Shown here in pieces: positions 8,906-17,010 of a stretch of 64,000 nt of DNA. The position numbers were made by a program, and so were the translations under genes. Source of the stretch: a virus; the IMG/VR virus record IMGVR_UViG_3300048837_001089, positions 5,277-69,276 of that record; one strand, written 5' to 3'. Each line of letters starts with the position of its first letter. The stretch's first letter is position 1. Below the pieces are notes generated by a model. That model saw only the letters and a list, made by a program, of their open reading frames with translations. It did no database searches and was not told the origin of the DNA.

Positions 8906-9570
8906 GTCGTCACCGCCCGGCCAATGAGCCCGCACACCACGCTTGCGGGGACGGCCAGCCCCAGCCCGCCACCTGGGCTCGTGCCGACGACGCCCACCGT
9001 AATGCCCACCACGTCGCCATCGGCGTCGTATACCGGCCCGCCAGACATGCCCTGCATGGTCGTAGCGTCCATGGCGAACACAGTCCGCCAGAAGCCGGTG
9101 ACCTCACGCTCGCCGCCTGACACGTATCCGCGCATGGCGATGAACTCGACTCCGACCGGATTGCCTACGGCTGTAATCGCCTCCCCTACTTCCGGCGAGC
9201 GGCATTCAAGGCGCGCTTCCGCGAAACGCTTTGCGCTAGCTGGTCGGATGGCCGCGATGTCGTAAGCGGTGTTGACCCACAAGACTTCGCCGGTCTGCAC
9301 GTCGCCGACATCGCTGCGCAGCTTCACCTCTCTTGCGCCGTACACGACATGCGCCGCGGTGATTATGATGCCGTTGCCGATGTAGACGCCGGAGCCCAGC
9401 CCGTCCGCCAGCTCAACGCGGACATCCGCGGAGCCGGTGGCGGATGCCGCTGCTACGCCGATTTCGTGCGGCTTGTCTTTCGTGGAGTGTCTCGTCGGGC
9501 CGGAACAGGCGCACAGCGCGCCGACAATAATGGCTCCGGCCGCCAGTCTGGCGGCAAGCAAAAGGCGCAT
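8902..9570 (-). CDS. Trypsin-like serine protease, probable lipoprotein
   Basis: TAAHV, DIAAI and GMSGGP triad motifs; signal peptide ending ALCAC. Confidence 0.9.
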   Translation of the reverse strand: MRLLLAARLAAGAIIVGALCACSGPTRHSTKDKPHEIGVAAASATGSADVRVELADGLGSGVYIGNGIIITAAHVVYGAREVKLRSDVGDVQTGEVLWVNTAYDIAAIRPASAKRFAEARLECRSPEVGEAITAVGNPVGVEFIAMRGYVSGGEREVTGFWRTVFAMDATTMQGMSGGPVYDADGDVVGITVGVVGTSPGGGLGLAVPASVVCGLIGRAVTT

Positions 9571-9655
9571 GGGTTCAAGCCCTGTCCTGATAGCGTTCGG
9601 GGTTTCGTCGCCGGGTAATGGCGGAAAGGACGGTGCGTTTCGCCTGTCCTAATTA

Positions 9656-9693
9656 TGATTACGGGTAATTTGATTCTGGAACGCAAGCGGTTT
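9656..9693 (-). promoter_or_regulatory. Phage promoter motif, copy 1
   Basis: tgattacgggtaatttgattc-N6-gcaagcggttt; second copy at 54541-54578; lies upstream of a leftward operon. Confidence 0.65.
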
Positions 9694-9716
9694 CTGGCCG
9701 AGGGCGCAGAAACAAC

Positions 9717-9750
9717 AAAAAAAGCCCGCTTCCGGTTAGGGAAGCGGGCG
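9717..9750 (-). terminator. Intrinsic terminator ending the late/lysis operon
   Basis: gcccgcttcc/ggaagcgggc hairpin with T-tract on the - strand. Confidence 0.85.
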
Positions 9751-9824
9751 TAAAGCACGTGCTGCATGGCCTTGAGGTCGGCGAAAGCCGGCACAGCAGG
9801 ACAACAGCTATAGTGTTCTTATTA

Positions 9825-10118
9825 TTATGTCGTGCCCCGCCGGGCGGCAGGCCGTGATTCCAGTATGCGGTCGAGCCGCGTATTGATGCCGTCCACACGG
9901 TCGGCGACATGCTCGATGGACTTCATCAGCAAGGCCGTCTGCTCCTGCATCCCGGCCTTGGTCACGTAGGTCTCGGCGGTATGGAGGCGGTGCGCGTCCA
10001 GATTGGATTGCGCAACCTCGCCCTTCTTGCCGGCCTTTTCAATCAAGTCCCACATGCGCCAGAAAGCGCCCGTGATGGCGGTCAGTACCGCCAGCGCAAT
10101 GCCGATCTCGATACTCAC
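9825..10118 (-). CDS. Single-TM coiled-coil protein of the lysis region
   Basis: N-terminal TM helix, YVTK motif, coiled coil. Confidence 0.75.
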   Translation of the reverse strand: MSIEIGIALAVLTAITGAFWRMWDLIEKAGKKGEVAQSNLDAHRLHTAETYVTKAGMQEQTALLMKSIEHVADRVDGINTRLDRILESRPAARRGTT

Positions 10119-10420
10119 AGCACGCGCCCTTCGCGTATCGCCTTGTCGCGCTCCTGGTAGTAATCCCGCAGCGCCTTGTGCCGCTTGCCACAGTCAATGA
10201 GCGCCTTGCGATCCGTAATCCACAACCGCTCGACATCGCGCTGCGTCAGCGTGCCCTTCGGCAGCCGTATCGGGCCGAGGCAGTCCTTGATCACCGACAA
10301 GTCCGGCTCAAGCAATTGCGGCGGCGGCAACGGCACATACCTAATGGATGGAGTCGACACGCAGCCGGCTGTCGTCAGACAGGCAAACGCGGTCGCGATC
10401 TGGATCAGCGTCAGCCTCAT
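10115..10420 (-). CDS. o-spanin (Rz1-like lipoprotein)
   Basis: Lipobox-like TAGC, Pro-rich segment; overlaps the i-spanin. Confidence 0.7.
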   Translation of the reverse strand: MRLTLIQIATAFACLTTAGCVSTPSIRYVPLPPPQLLEPDLSVIKDCLGPIRLPKGTLTQRDVERLWITDRKALIDCGKRHKALRDYYQERDKAIREGRVL

Positions 10421-10709
10421 CCGACAACTCCTTAATACGTTGTTCGAGGGCCGCATTCTCGGCGGCAAGTTCTGCGAGGCGCTTTGCTTCCGCAGCCTTC
10501 GCCATGGCGTTGGCCTGCTGAATGCGGTTGGTTTCTGCCGCTACGGCCTGCGCGATTTCGGCCTCGCGCTTGTTGTAGAGAGCAGACCACTCCGTCGTGG
10601 CGCGGTCGTAGCCGGCGCTGTAAAGCCACCACGCAGCTACCGCGATGGTGAGCGCGGCCAGTCCATAAAGCGCCGGCTTGACGTAGCCGCCTACAAGCCA
10701 GCCAAACAT
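10341..10709 (-). CDS. i-spanin (Rz-like)
   Basis: N-terminal TM plus coiled coil, directly after the endolysin. Confidence 0.75.
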   Translation of the reverse strand: MFGWLVGGYVKPALYGLAALTIAVAAWWLYSAGYDRATTEWSALYNKREAEIAQAVAAETNRIQQANAMAKAAEAKRLAELAAENAALEQRIKELSDEADADPDRDRVCLSDDSRLRVDSIH

Positions 10710-11161
10710 AGCTCGCGCTCCTTGGCCCGGCGGTTGACCAGCCCCTTCACGACCTTGCCGCCGGCTTTGTTCCACGCCAGCAGCGAGTCACATGCGGCGC
10801 GAATGTTTCCGGCATTGAGATTGCGCGCCATGGAAGACCCGCAAAAGGCGCCGACGCCGATGTTGTACACGGCGGAAACCATCGACACATATACCTTGTC
10901 GGGAAGCCCGTCTGGATTCTTGAGACAGCGCCGCATGCCGGCTTCGTGCTTCTCAAGCGACTCGATGAACATCACGTCGCACTGCTGCTTCGTGAATTTC
11001 ATGCCCGGCTTGATGCCCTTGGTTTCACCATAGCATGCCGTCCATACGCCGACGACGTCCTGGTAGGCGACGAGCCTCAGCCCCTCCCAGTTGCCCACAA
11101 AGCCGACAGCCAATGCGCCAGCAGCCGTTACGCCGAGGGCGGCCTTTTTAAGTCTACTCAT
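10691..11161 (-). CDS. Endolysin, GH24 lysozyme (SAR-type N-terminus)
   Basis: EGLRLVAYQDVVGVWTACYGET, YNIG, GLVNRR. Confidence 0.95.
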   Translation of the reverse strand: MSRLKKAALGVTAAGALAVGFVGNWEGLRLVAYQDVVGVWTACYGETKGIKPGMKFTKQQCDVMFIESLEKHEAGMRRCLKNPDGLPDKVYVSMVSAVYNIGVGAFCGSSMARNLNAGNIRAACDSLLAWNKAGGKVVKGLVNRRAKERELCLAGL

Positions 11162-11367
11162 CCCTTTATATCCTTCTGCGCCATCAAGCGGGCTGCGAAG
11201 GACGCCGCGATGACAAACATCGAAAGAAGGGCGAACACGCCCGATGGTATCGGCAGCGCGCCGATATACGGCAGCACCGCCTCCAAGCCGGACAGCAGCC
11301 CGGCCAGCAGTATCAGGCGGATGCTCCACGCCTTGCGGAGCACCTCGCGCCAGTTGGCGATAAGCAT
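11158..11367 (-). CDS. Holin
   Basis: MLIANWREVLRKAWSIR with two TMs, directly upstream of the endolysin. Confidence 0.75.
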   Translation of the reverse strand: MLIANWREVLRKAWSIRLILLAGLLSGLEAVLPYIGALPIPSGVFALLSMFVIAASFAARLMAQKDIKG

Positions 11368-11387
11368 GGAATCGTCCTTACGGTGTG

Positions 11388-12560
11388 CTAGTTCGCGTCC
11401 GTGGACCCGTAGTTGCGCACGCCATCCCACCCTGACGGAGCGCTGGTGCCACCAGCCAGCGGGCTGCTCTTGCCGCCTGCGGCGCTGCTGCCCGGCGTTG
11501 ACCCGGTGCCAGCTTGCCCGGCGTTCCCGCCACCGCTACCGCCGCCACTGCCGCCCGACGAGCCGTCGTAAAGCTTCGCGCTGATTTCCGTGCGGTAGCC
11601 CGCCGTCTTGCTAAAGGTGTGCGTCGCCGTGTCGATCACATACGGCACGCCATCAAGCTGCGGGCGCACGCCGCTAAACCGCAACGGCACGCCGGCCACA
11701 ATCGAAGAATCGCCCACGACAGTAACCTTGGCGCTGCCCTCGCCACGCTTCAAATCCTTGGCCTTCGCCGCCGCGGCCTTGTCGGCTTCCTCGACGCTGG
11801 CGAATGGCTCCGGCAAGCGATAGATCGCCTCGCCATCGGCGTCGGCGTCCTGCTCGATCTCGACGCGCTCGACCTTGTCCTTGTCCTGATGGTAGGCGAC
11901 GACCTTCTTGTATTTCGTCCGGTCGTTCGCCTCGTAGGTGCAAGAGCCGAGGATAATCATCGACGGCACGACGACCACCGAGCCCATCCCGACGCCGCTC
12001 GACGACAGCCCGCTCCCGCGCTTGGCGAAAATCAGGTTGTTGCCCTTGATCGTGAACAGCCCGTTGTGACGCCGCTCAAGCCTGCTCAAGACATGGGCGT
12101 TGGTTTCGTCTTCCTGCGCGAACCACGGATAAACATAGGCGCCGATTTCGCCGTCGACCTTCGCCGACAGCCCAAGCTCGCCCGCCAGTTGGGTTACGAT
12201 GTCCTTGACGGACTTCTTGTCCCAGTGGCGCTCCTTGTTTTCCTTCAGCGTCTTGGCCCGGCCCAGGGCCGCCGCCTTGCCGGATATGCTGACGCTATAA
12301 GGAAGGCACTTGCCTGACACCTTGTCGACGACGAAGTCGCCGAGCTTGCGCACGCCGGTCTCGGCGTAGCCCATCGAGATGGACACCGCGTCGCCGGGCG
12401 TCGGCAGGTCGACAAAGTCCGGCGGGCCGTCGTTCAGCTCCATCTGGAACGTGTCCGACGTGACGCCCTCCTTGTCAGTGACGGACGCCGACACAAGCCG
12501 GCTGTAAAAGCCGGAAGACACAGTCTTGCCGGCAACCGTGATGTTGATAATCGGGTGCAT
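11388..12560 (-). CDS. Baseplate hub / late control protein D (P2 gpD-like)
   Basis: SVTDKEGVTSD, QEDETNAHVLSRL; position after gpX. Confidence 0.9.
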   Translation of the reverse strand: MHPIINITVAGKTVSSGFYSRLVSASVTDKEGVTSDTFQMELNDGPPDFVDLPTPGDAVSISMGYAETGVRKLGDFVVDKVSGKCLPYSVSISGKAAALGRAKTLKENKERHWDKKSVKDIVTQLAGELGLSAKVDGEIGAYVYPWFAQEDETNAHVLSRLERRHNGLFTIKGNNLIFAKRGSGLSSSGVGMGSVVVVPSMIILGSCTYEANDRTKYKKVVAYHQDKDKVERVEIEQDADADGEAIYRLPEPFASVEEADKAAAAKAKDLKRGEGSAKVTVVGDSSIVAGVPLRFSGVRPQLDGVPYVIDTATHTFSKTAGYRTEISAKLYDGSSGGSGGGSGGGNAGQAGTGSTPGSSAAGGKSSPLAGGTSAPSGWDGVRNYGSTDAN

Positions 12561-12592
12561 CGGTCACCTGCGACTGTGGGCTGGCGGGGCGG

Positions 12593-12805
12593 TTAGTCCC
12601 ACAAACTGAGAAGCACCGGCATTTTGGTGCTGCGCGGCGCGTCCGGCATGACCAGCGCGGTGCCCATCGGCAAGACAGGACCAAGCGCAGCAACGCCCGG
12701 ATTGGCGTCAAGCACCATCTCGGTAACGTCGCGGGTGCGGCCGTAGTAGCGGGCACAAATCAGGTCGACGACGTCGCCCTGTTTCGCGATGTACGTGTTT
12801 GCCAT
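12593..12805 (-). CDS. Tail protein X (P2 gpX, LysM-like)
   Basis: QGDVVDLICARYYG...ANPG...LWD. Confidence 0.9.
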   Translation of the reverse strand: MANTYIAKQGDVVDLICARYYGRTRDVTEMVLDANPGVAALGPVLPMGTALVMPDAPRSTKMPVLLSLWD

Positions 12806-12810
12806 AGCGC

Positions 12811-13257
12811 TCACCAAAGAAGGTTGCCGGGCGAGCCCATCAGCGAGCCGCCCGCCGATGCCGCGCCGTAGCGCTTCAGCGTGATCTGGTAGGCGTTCTT
12901 CAACGGCCGCCCGCGCTGGTCGTGAAAGCTGCGGTCTTCGGAAATGGACTGGATTGTGAACGTGCCGCGGATAATGCCCTCACCGGCATCGCCCGACACA
13001 AACATCAGAGGCGTGCCGGCATTCTGCGCGGCTATCAGCCCATTGAGCGACGACTGCCCGCCGAACTCGACTGGAAACAGCACGCCCTTGATGGTCACCT
13101 CGTCTGAGGTGGGGCCGGTCCATTGCTGTTGGTTGAGGGTCGCGGCAACAGGAATGTCAGCCCAAGGCGTGTCCACCTTGCGCCCGACGTCCTGATAGCC
13201 GAAACCCAGGGACTCGAACGCAAATGCGCCGAGCATCATTGAAACCGGGCCGGACAT
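12811..13257 (-). CDS. Tail tube initiator (P2 gpU-like)
   Basis: MMLGAFAF, QWTGP, ITLKRY. Confidence 0.9.
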   Translation of the reverse strand: MSGPVSMMLGAFAFESLGFGYQDVGRKVDTPWADIPVAATLNQQQWTGPTSDEVTIKGVLFPVEFGGQSSLNGLIAAQNAGTPLMFVSGDAGEGIIRGTFTIQSISEDRSFHDQRGRPLKNAYQITLKRYGAASAGGSLMGSPGNLLW

Positions 13258-13293
13258 TTAGTATCCTGGGGAAATGGGGGTGTATTTCAGCGC

Positions 13294-13566
13294 ATGGATT
13301 TGATTGCGATCCTGGGGATGGCTGTTACGAGCTACCTGGCAGCCCGCGCCTTGGCGCGCTGGAAGGGCCTTAACGAGAACGCCTTCGGGGCCATGGGTGC
13401 CGTTCTCGGTGCCGTGTTTGTCCCTGTCGCGATAATCTGGCCGCCAAGGAAAGACCACGTGCCGCATCCTGGGTCTGGTGGCTACGCGGTCGCCACCACC
13501 CTTGTCTGGCTGGTGGCGACCTTGATTGGCGGGTTTATCCTTGCCGCCATGTACTTGCCGCGTTAG
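13294..13566 (+). CDS. Small 3-TM membrane protein, moron-like
   Basis: Hydrophobic ORF on the opposite strand filling the gap between tape measure and gpU. Confidence 0.65.
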   Translation: MDLIAILGMAVTSYLAARALARWKGLNENAFGAMGAVLGAVFVPVAIIWPPRKDHVPHPGSGGYAVATTLVWLVATLIGGFILAAMYLPR

Positions 13567-15899
13567 GCATACCCGCCGCCCAGCGACCCCTCGACCGCGG
13601 CCTGCACTGACGCGCCGGTCGCATCGGCAACCGCCTTTGCGGCTGCCGCCGGGGCTTGCTCCATCGTGATGTTCTGATTGACCGTAATCGGCGCCATTAC
13701 TGGCGGCGGCGGATTCGTCACATTCACGTCGGAGACGCCGGTCGACCGGGTCTGCATAGTCACGGCCCGCATCGCGTCGGCATATTCAGACGGAGACGGC
13801 GCTTGCGACACAGGCTTGTCCATGCCGTTGAGCATGTTCTGTATCGTGCCGCCAGCCCCCCCTTGCGGCGCTGGTGTGGCGGGCGGCGTGCCGCGCTCTA
13901 TGCGGAAGTGCTCGCGCGCGTCGAAGTCTGGGTCGGCCGCCACGCCAAACAGAAAGCGCTTTATGCGCTGCGCAATACCGTCATCGTCCTTGAACGGCTC
14001 GACCGGTTCGCGCTTGTGCTTCCGGCCGCGAGCAGACGGACCAGCACCGGGTTGTACGCCGGGAAGCGGCGTGTCTTCGCGCGGAGTGAAGTGTTCCTTA
14101 ACGCGGTCCTTGAGGTACTTTTGCCGCTCCTTCTCCCACTCGGTCTTGACCTCATCAGACTGCGCGAGATTGAGCAACCCGGCCGAAAGCGCGCCAAGGG
14201 CCGCCGTCGCAAATGAGCCAATGGCAAGGAGCGGTGCGCCACTTTTTGCGGTCTCGGCGGCTGCTTTGGCCGCGCCCGCCCCGCCCCCCGCATCGGCCAC
14301 CTTCGTAGCAGCCTCGCCGATCCCCGCCGCTGTCGCGGCCCACTTCCCGCCCCTGGCCAAAAGCTTCAGGATGCCGACAGCCGCCTTCGCCCCGGACAGC
14401 AGGTACATCATTGCGGCGAGCCGCCCCACGGCGCCTGCGACGAGAGAAATGCCCATTGCCGTGACGGCAAGACCGAAACCATAGCCGCCAAGCGACTTCA
14501 GGAAGCCGGAAAGCGGGCTATTCGCCACGGCGTCGTACATGCCGCGGATAGTCTCTCCGAACTCGCGGAACCTCGCCGCAATGCGGCCAAGCTGCTCACC
14601 GGCAGCGACGCCGTCCGGCCCCGCAACGCCGAATATGGCATCGCCCAAAGCCTGCAACGCTTCGGCGCCGCCCTTGAAGCCAAGGCCGCCGGCAAAGCCG
14701 TCCATCGCCGCCTTGATCTGGTCGAAGATGGTAACGCGCTTGTCGCTCGTATCGAAGATGTTGGAGAAATAATCCGCGACCTGCGCAAGCGGCTCAAGCA
14801 AGTTGGCGCCAATAACAGTACCGGCATTCTTGATACGGATTTGCAGCGCCTTCAGCCGCTCGTCCGCATTCTTCATGCGACGGGCATAAGCCTCGTCGAC
14901 GGCGCCGGTTGAAGCCGCAACTTCCTCGCGAAGCTTCCGGTATTCGTCTAGCTGCTGGATAAGCGGGCGCAAGCCCTGCTGCACCTGCGCATCCTGAAAC
15001 AGGTCGCCGAGCTTCGACAAGTCGCCCTTGAGCGTCTTGTCCGTGATATCCGCGATGGCCTCAATCGGGGTCATGCCCTTCTTGGAAGCCTTCGTCATCT
15101 CCTTTTCGAGATTGACGCCCATCTTCTTGAAGGCTTTGCGCGTCTGCGGCGCGTTCACCTTCTGGAGGATGTTCTGCAAGTTCGTCGCGGCGCTGGAACT
15201 GTCGCCGGTGCCTTGGCGAACAATCTGCAATGCGGACGCAAGGTCCGTCATCGCGCCAACGCCAGTCTGGCCGAGGCCCTGGTATGAAGCGGCAAGCGAC
15301 GGAATATAAGTCGCCATGTCGCGCAGCTCGAACGCGCCGGCATTACCTGCGGCGGCCATGACGTCGAGCGTCCGGGCCATTTCCTCCGGCCCGATCTTCA
15401 GGTTCTGCATCGCCGCAACGGCGGCGGCAGAGAGGTCTGCCATCGAGGCGCCGGTAGCGGTCGCAGCCTTGCCGATTGCCGGAATTGCGGCTGCCGCCTG
15501 TTCGGCGGAAAGCCCAAGGCCGACCATAGTGTCGACGCCGGCCAAAAGGTCGGTCGTGGTCTGGTTTGTCGCGGGCGAAAGCTGCAAGACCTGCTGACGC
15601 AAACGGTCGATCTGCGCGCCCGACAGACCTGCCTTAATACCAACCTCAGTAAGTTGGGCCTGCATGTTGCGGGCCGCGCCAATCGTGCTTTCGACGCCCT
15701 GCGTGACGCCAATATAGGCGCCCGCGTACATCAACAGCCGCGACGCGAACCCGGCCATGGGGGCGACCACGGAGCGATTGGCGGCGTTCATCCGGGCGAT
15801 CTGCCCATTCAGCCGCGTCAGGCTGCCCGCAATACCACGTGACGGCCCCGAAACGCGGTCGACGAGGCTGAGAATCAGTTTGCTGGAAAGAACCGCCAC
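13563..15899 (-). CDS. Tail tape measure protein
   Basis: Ala-rich helical 778 aa; GAFELRDMA and AATNLQNIL TMP core. Confidence 0.9.
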   Translation of the reverse strand: MAVLSSKLILSLVDRVSGPSRGIAGSLTRLNGQIARMNAANRSVVAPMAGFASRLLMYAGAYIGVTQGVESTIGAARNMQAQLTEVGIKAGLSGAQIDRLRQQVLQLSPATNQTTTDLLAGVDTMVGLGLSAEQAAAAIPAIGKAATATGASMADLSAAAVAAMQNLKIGPEEMARTLDVMAAAGNAGAFELRDMATYIPSLAASYQGLGQTGVGAMTDLASALQIVRQGTGDSSSAATNLQNILQKVNAPQTRKAFKKMGVNLEKEMTKASKKGMTPIEAIADITDKTLKGDLSKLGDLFQDAQVQQGLRPLIQQLDEYRKLREEVAASTGAVDEAYARRMKNADERLKALQIRIKNAGTVIGANLLEPLAQVADYFSNIFDTSDKRVTIFDQIKAAMDGFAGGLGFKGGAEALQALGDAIFGVAGPDGVAAGEQLGRIAARFREFGETIRGMYDAVANSPLSGFLKSLGGYGFGLAVTAMGISLVAGAVGRLAAMMYLLSGAKAAVGILKLLARGGKWAATAAGIGEAATKVADAGGGAGAAKAAAETAKSGAPLLAIGSFATAALGALSAGLLNLAQSDEVKTEWEKERQKYLKDRVKEHFTPREDTPLPGVQPGAGPSARGRKHKREPVEPFKDDDGIAQRIKRFLFGVAADPDFDAREHFRIERGTPPATPAPQGGAGGTIQNMLNGMDKPVSQAPSPSEYADAMRAVTMQTRSTGVSDVNVTNPPPPVMAPITVNQNITMEQAPAAAAKAVADATGASVQAAVEGSLGGGYA

Positions 15900-15902
15900 G
15901 CG

Positions 15903-16088
15903 CTAATCCTCTTTCGTCGGGTCCGCATAACCGCTGCGGTTGGCCTCGCCGCGCAAATCCATGACGACCTCGAACTCCGCCAAGGCGAAGTCCGGGCTGT
16001 AGTGGTCAATGACGTTGCGCGGTGTGCTCGTCTGCTGCGCGAGGAAGACGGCTAGTCGGTGCCAGCCTCCCCCTCCTCCTCGTTTCCC
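15903..16088 (-). CDS. -1 frameshift extension of the tail assembly chaperone (gpE'-like)
   Basis: Slippery GGGAAAC at 16082-16088 (- strand); -1 frame open (WHRLAVFLAQQTSTPRNVIDHYSP...) to TAG at 15903. Confidence 0.7.
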   Translation of the reverse strand, partial: GKRGGGGGWHRLAVFLAQQTSTPRNVIDHYSPDFALAEFEVVMDLRGEANRSGYADPTKED

Positions 16089-16333
16089 AGCAGCACGGCG
16101 ACCTTTTCGTTGATCTTCGCGAAGTCGCGCGGCGCGATCTTCTGCGCCTCCGGGTAGGAAATGCCGGCCATCGATGCGAGCGTCGCCACGATGGTCGCGG
16201 TCTGGTTGCTCTTGCCGACCGTCTCGCCGGCAATCAGGTCGCCCATTTCCGCCTCACGAAACGTAAGCTCGGAAACCTCGGCGCCCTTGACCTTGATCGG
16301 CTTGGTCAGCGCAACAGTAACAGTGTTCGACAT
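16052..16333 (-). CDS. Tail assembly chaperone (gpE / Mu gp41-like)
   Basis: LTKPI...ELTFRE...RDF pattern; between tube and tape measure. Confidence 0.85.
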   Translation of the reverse strand: MSNTVTVALTKPIKVKGAEVSELTFREAEMGDLIAGETVGKSNQTATIVATLASMAGISYPEAQKIAPRDFAKINEKVAVLLGNEEEGEAGTD

Positions 16334-16391
16334 GGGTTTACTCCTTTGGAAAAATAGAAGCGGCGCCGCGACGGGCGCCGCATAGGTGGCC

Positions 16392-16469
16392 GACTGCTAC
16401 AGCAGCAGCGCGTTGCGACCCGCTACAGCAGCAGCGCGTTGCGGACTGCTACAGCAGCAGGGCGTTGCG
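16392..16469. repeat. Three 26-bp tandem copies of the tail-tube 3' end
   Basis: gctacagcagcag(c/g)gcgttgcg three times; each reads RNALLL* on the - strand. Confidence 0.9.
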
Positions 16470-16961
16470 GATCGGTGCCCATTCGGACACGCCGCGGCGC
16501 TTCACGTCGAAGTCGTCGACTTCGAGGATTTCCTCGCCGTCAACCTCCAGCTTGTAGTAGTGGACGGCGACCTGATAGTCGTTTTCGCCCATCTCGCCGG
16601 TCTTCCATGTGCCGTTGTCGGCCTGCTTGACGTAGCCGCGCAGCGTGATGACGGCGGACGAGACAGTGCCGTCCTCATGCACCAGCGCGCCCGTAATCAT
16701 GAACGGGGTTTCTTCGCCGACGCGAATGCCGAACAGCGCCATGACAGACGGGTCGAGGCCCGGCATCTTGAAGCTGAACTCGAACTTTTCGTAGCCGAGC
16801 TTGATCTCGCGCGGCTTGATCATGCCGGCGTTGCGAAGCTCTTCAACCTTCGCCTGCGGTACGGGCGGCGTGATGTCGCCGATCTGGCCGATATAATTTT
16901 CGCGGTCGACGTACAGCATGCAGTCCCGCATAAGAAAGCGGGGCAGTTCTTTCTGCGCCAT
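16449..16961 (-). CDS. Major tail tube protein (P2 FII-like)
   Basis: YYKLEVDGEEILEVD; position after the sheath. Confidence 0.92.
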   Translation of the reverse strand: MAQKELPRFLMRDCMLYVDRENYIGQIGDITPPVPQAKVEELRNAGMIKPREIKLGYEKFEFSFKMPGLDPSVMALFGIRVGEETPFMITGALVHEDGTVSSAVITLRGYVKQADNGTWKTGEMGENDYQVAVHYYKLEVDGEEILEVDDFDVKRRGVSEWAPIRNALLL

Positions 16962-17010
16962 TTTTCAATTGTCCTTGAGTGGCGGGGCGGCGCGGGCCGC
17001 CCCTGTGCTG

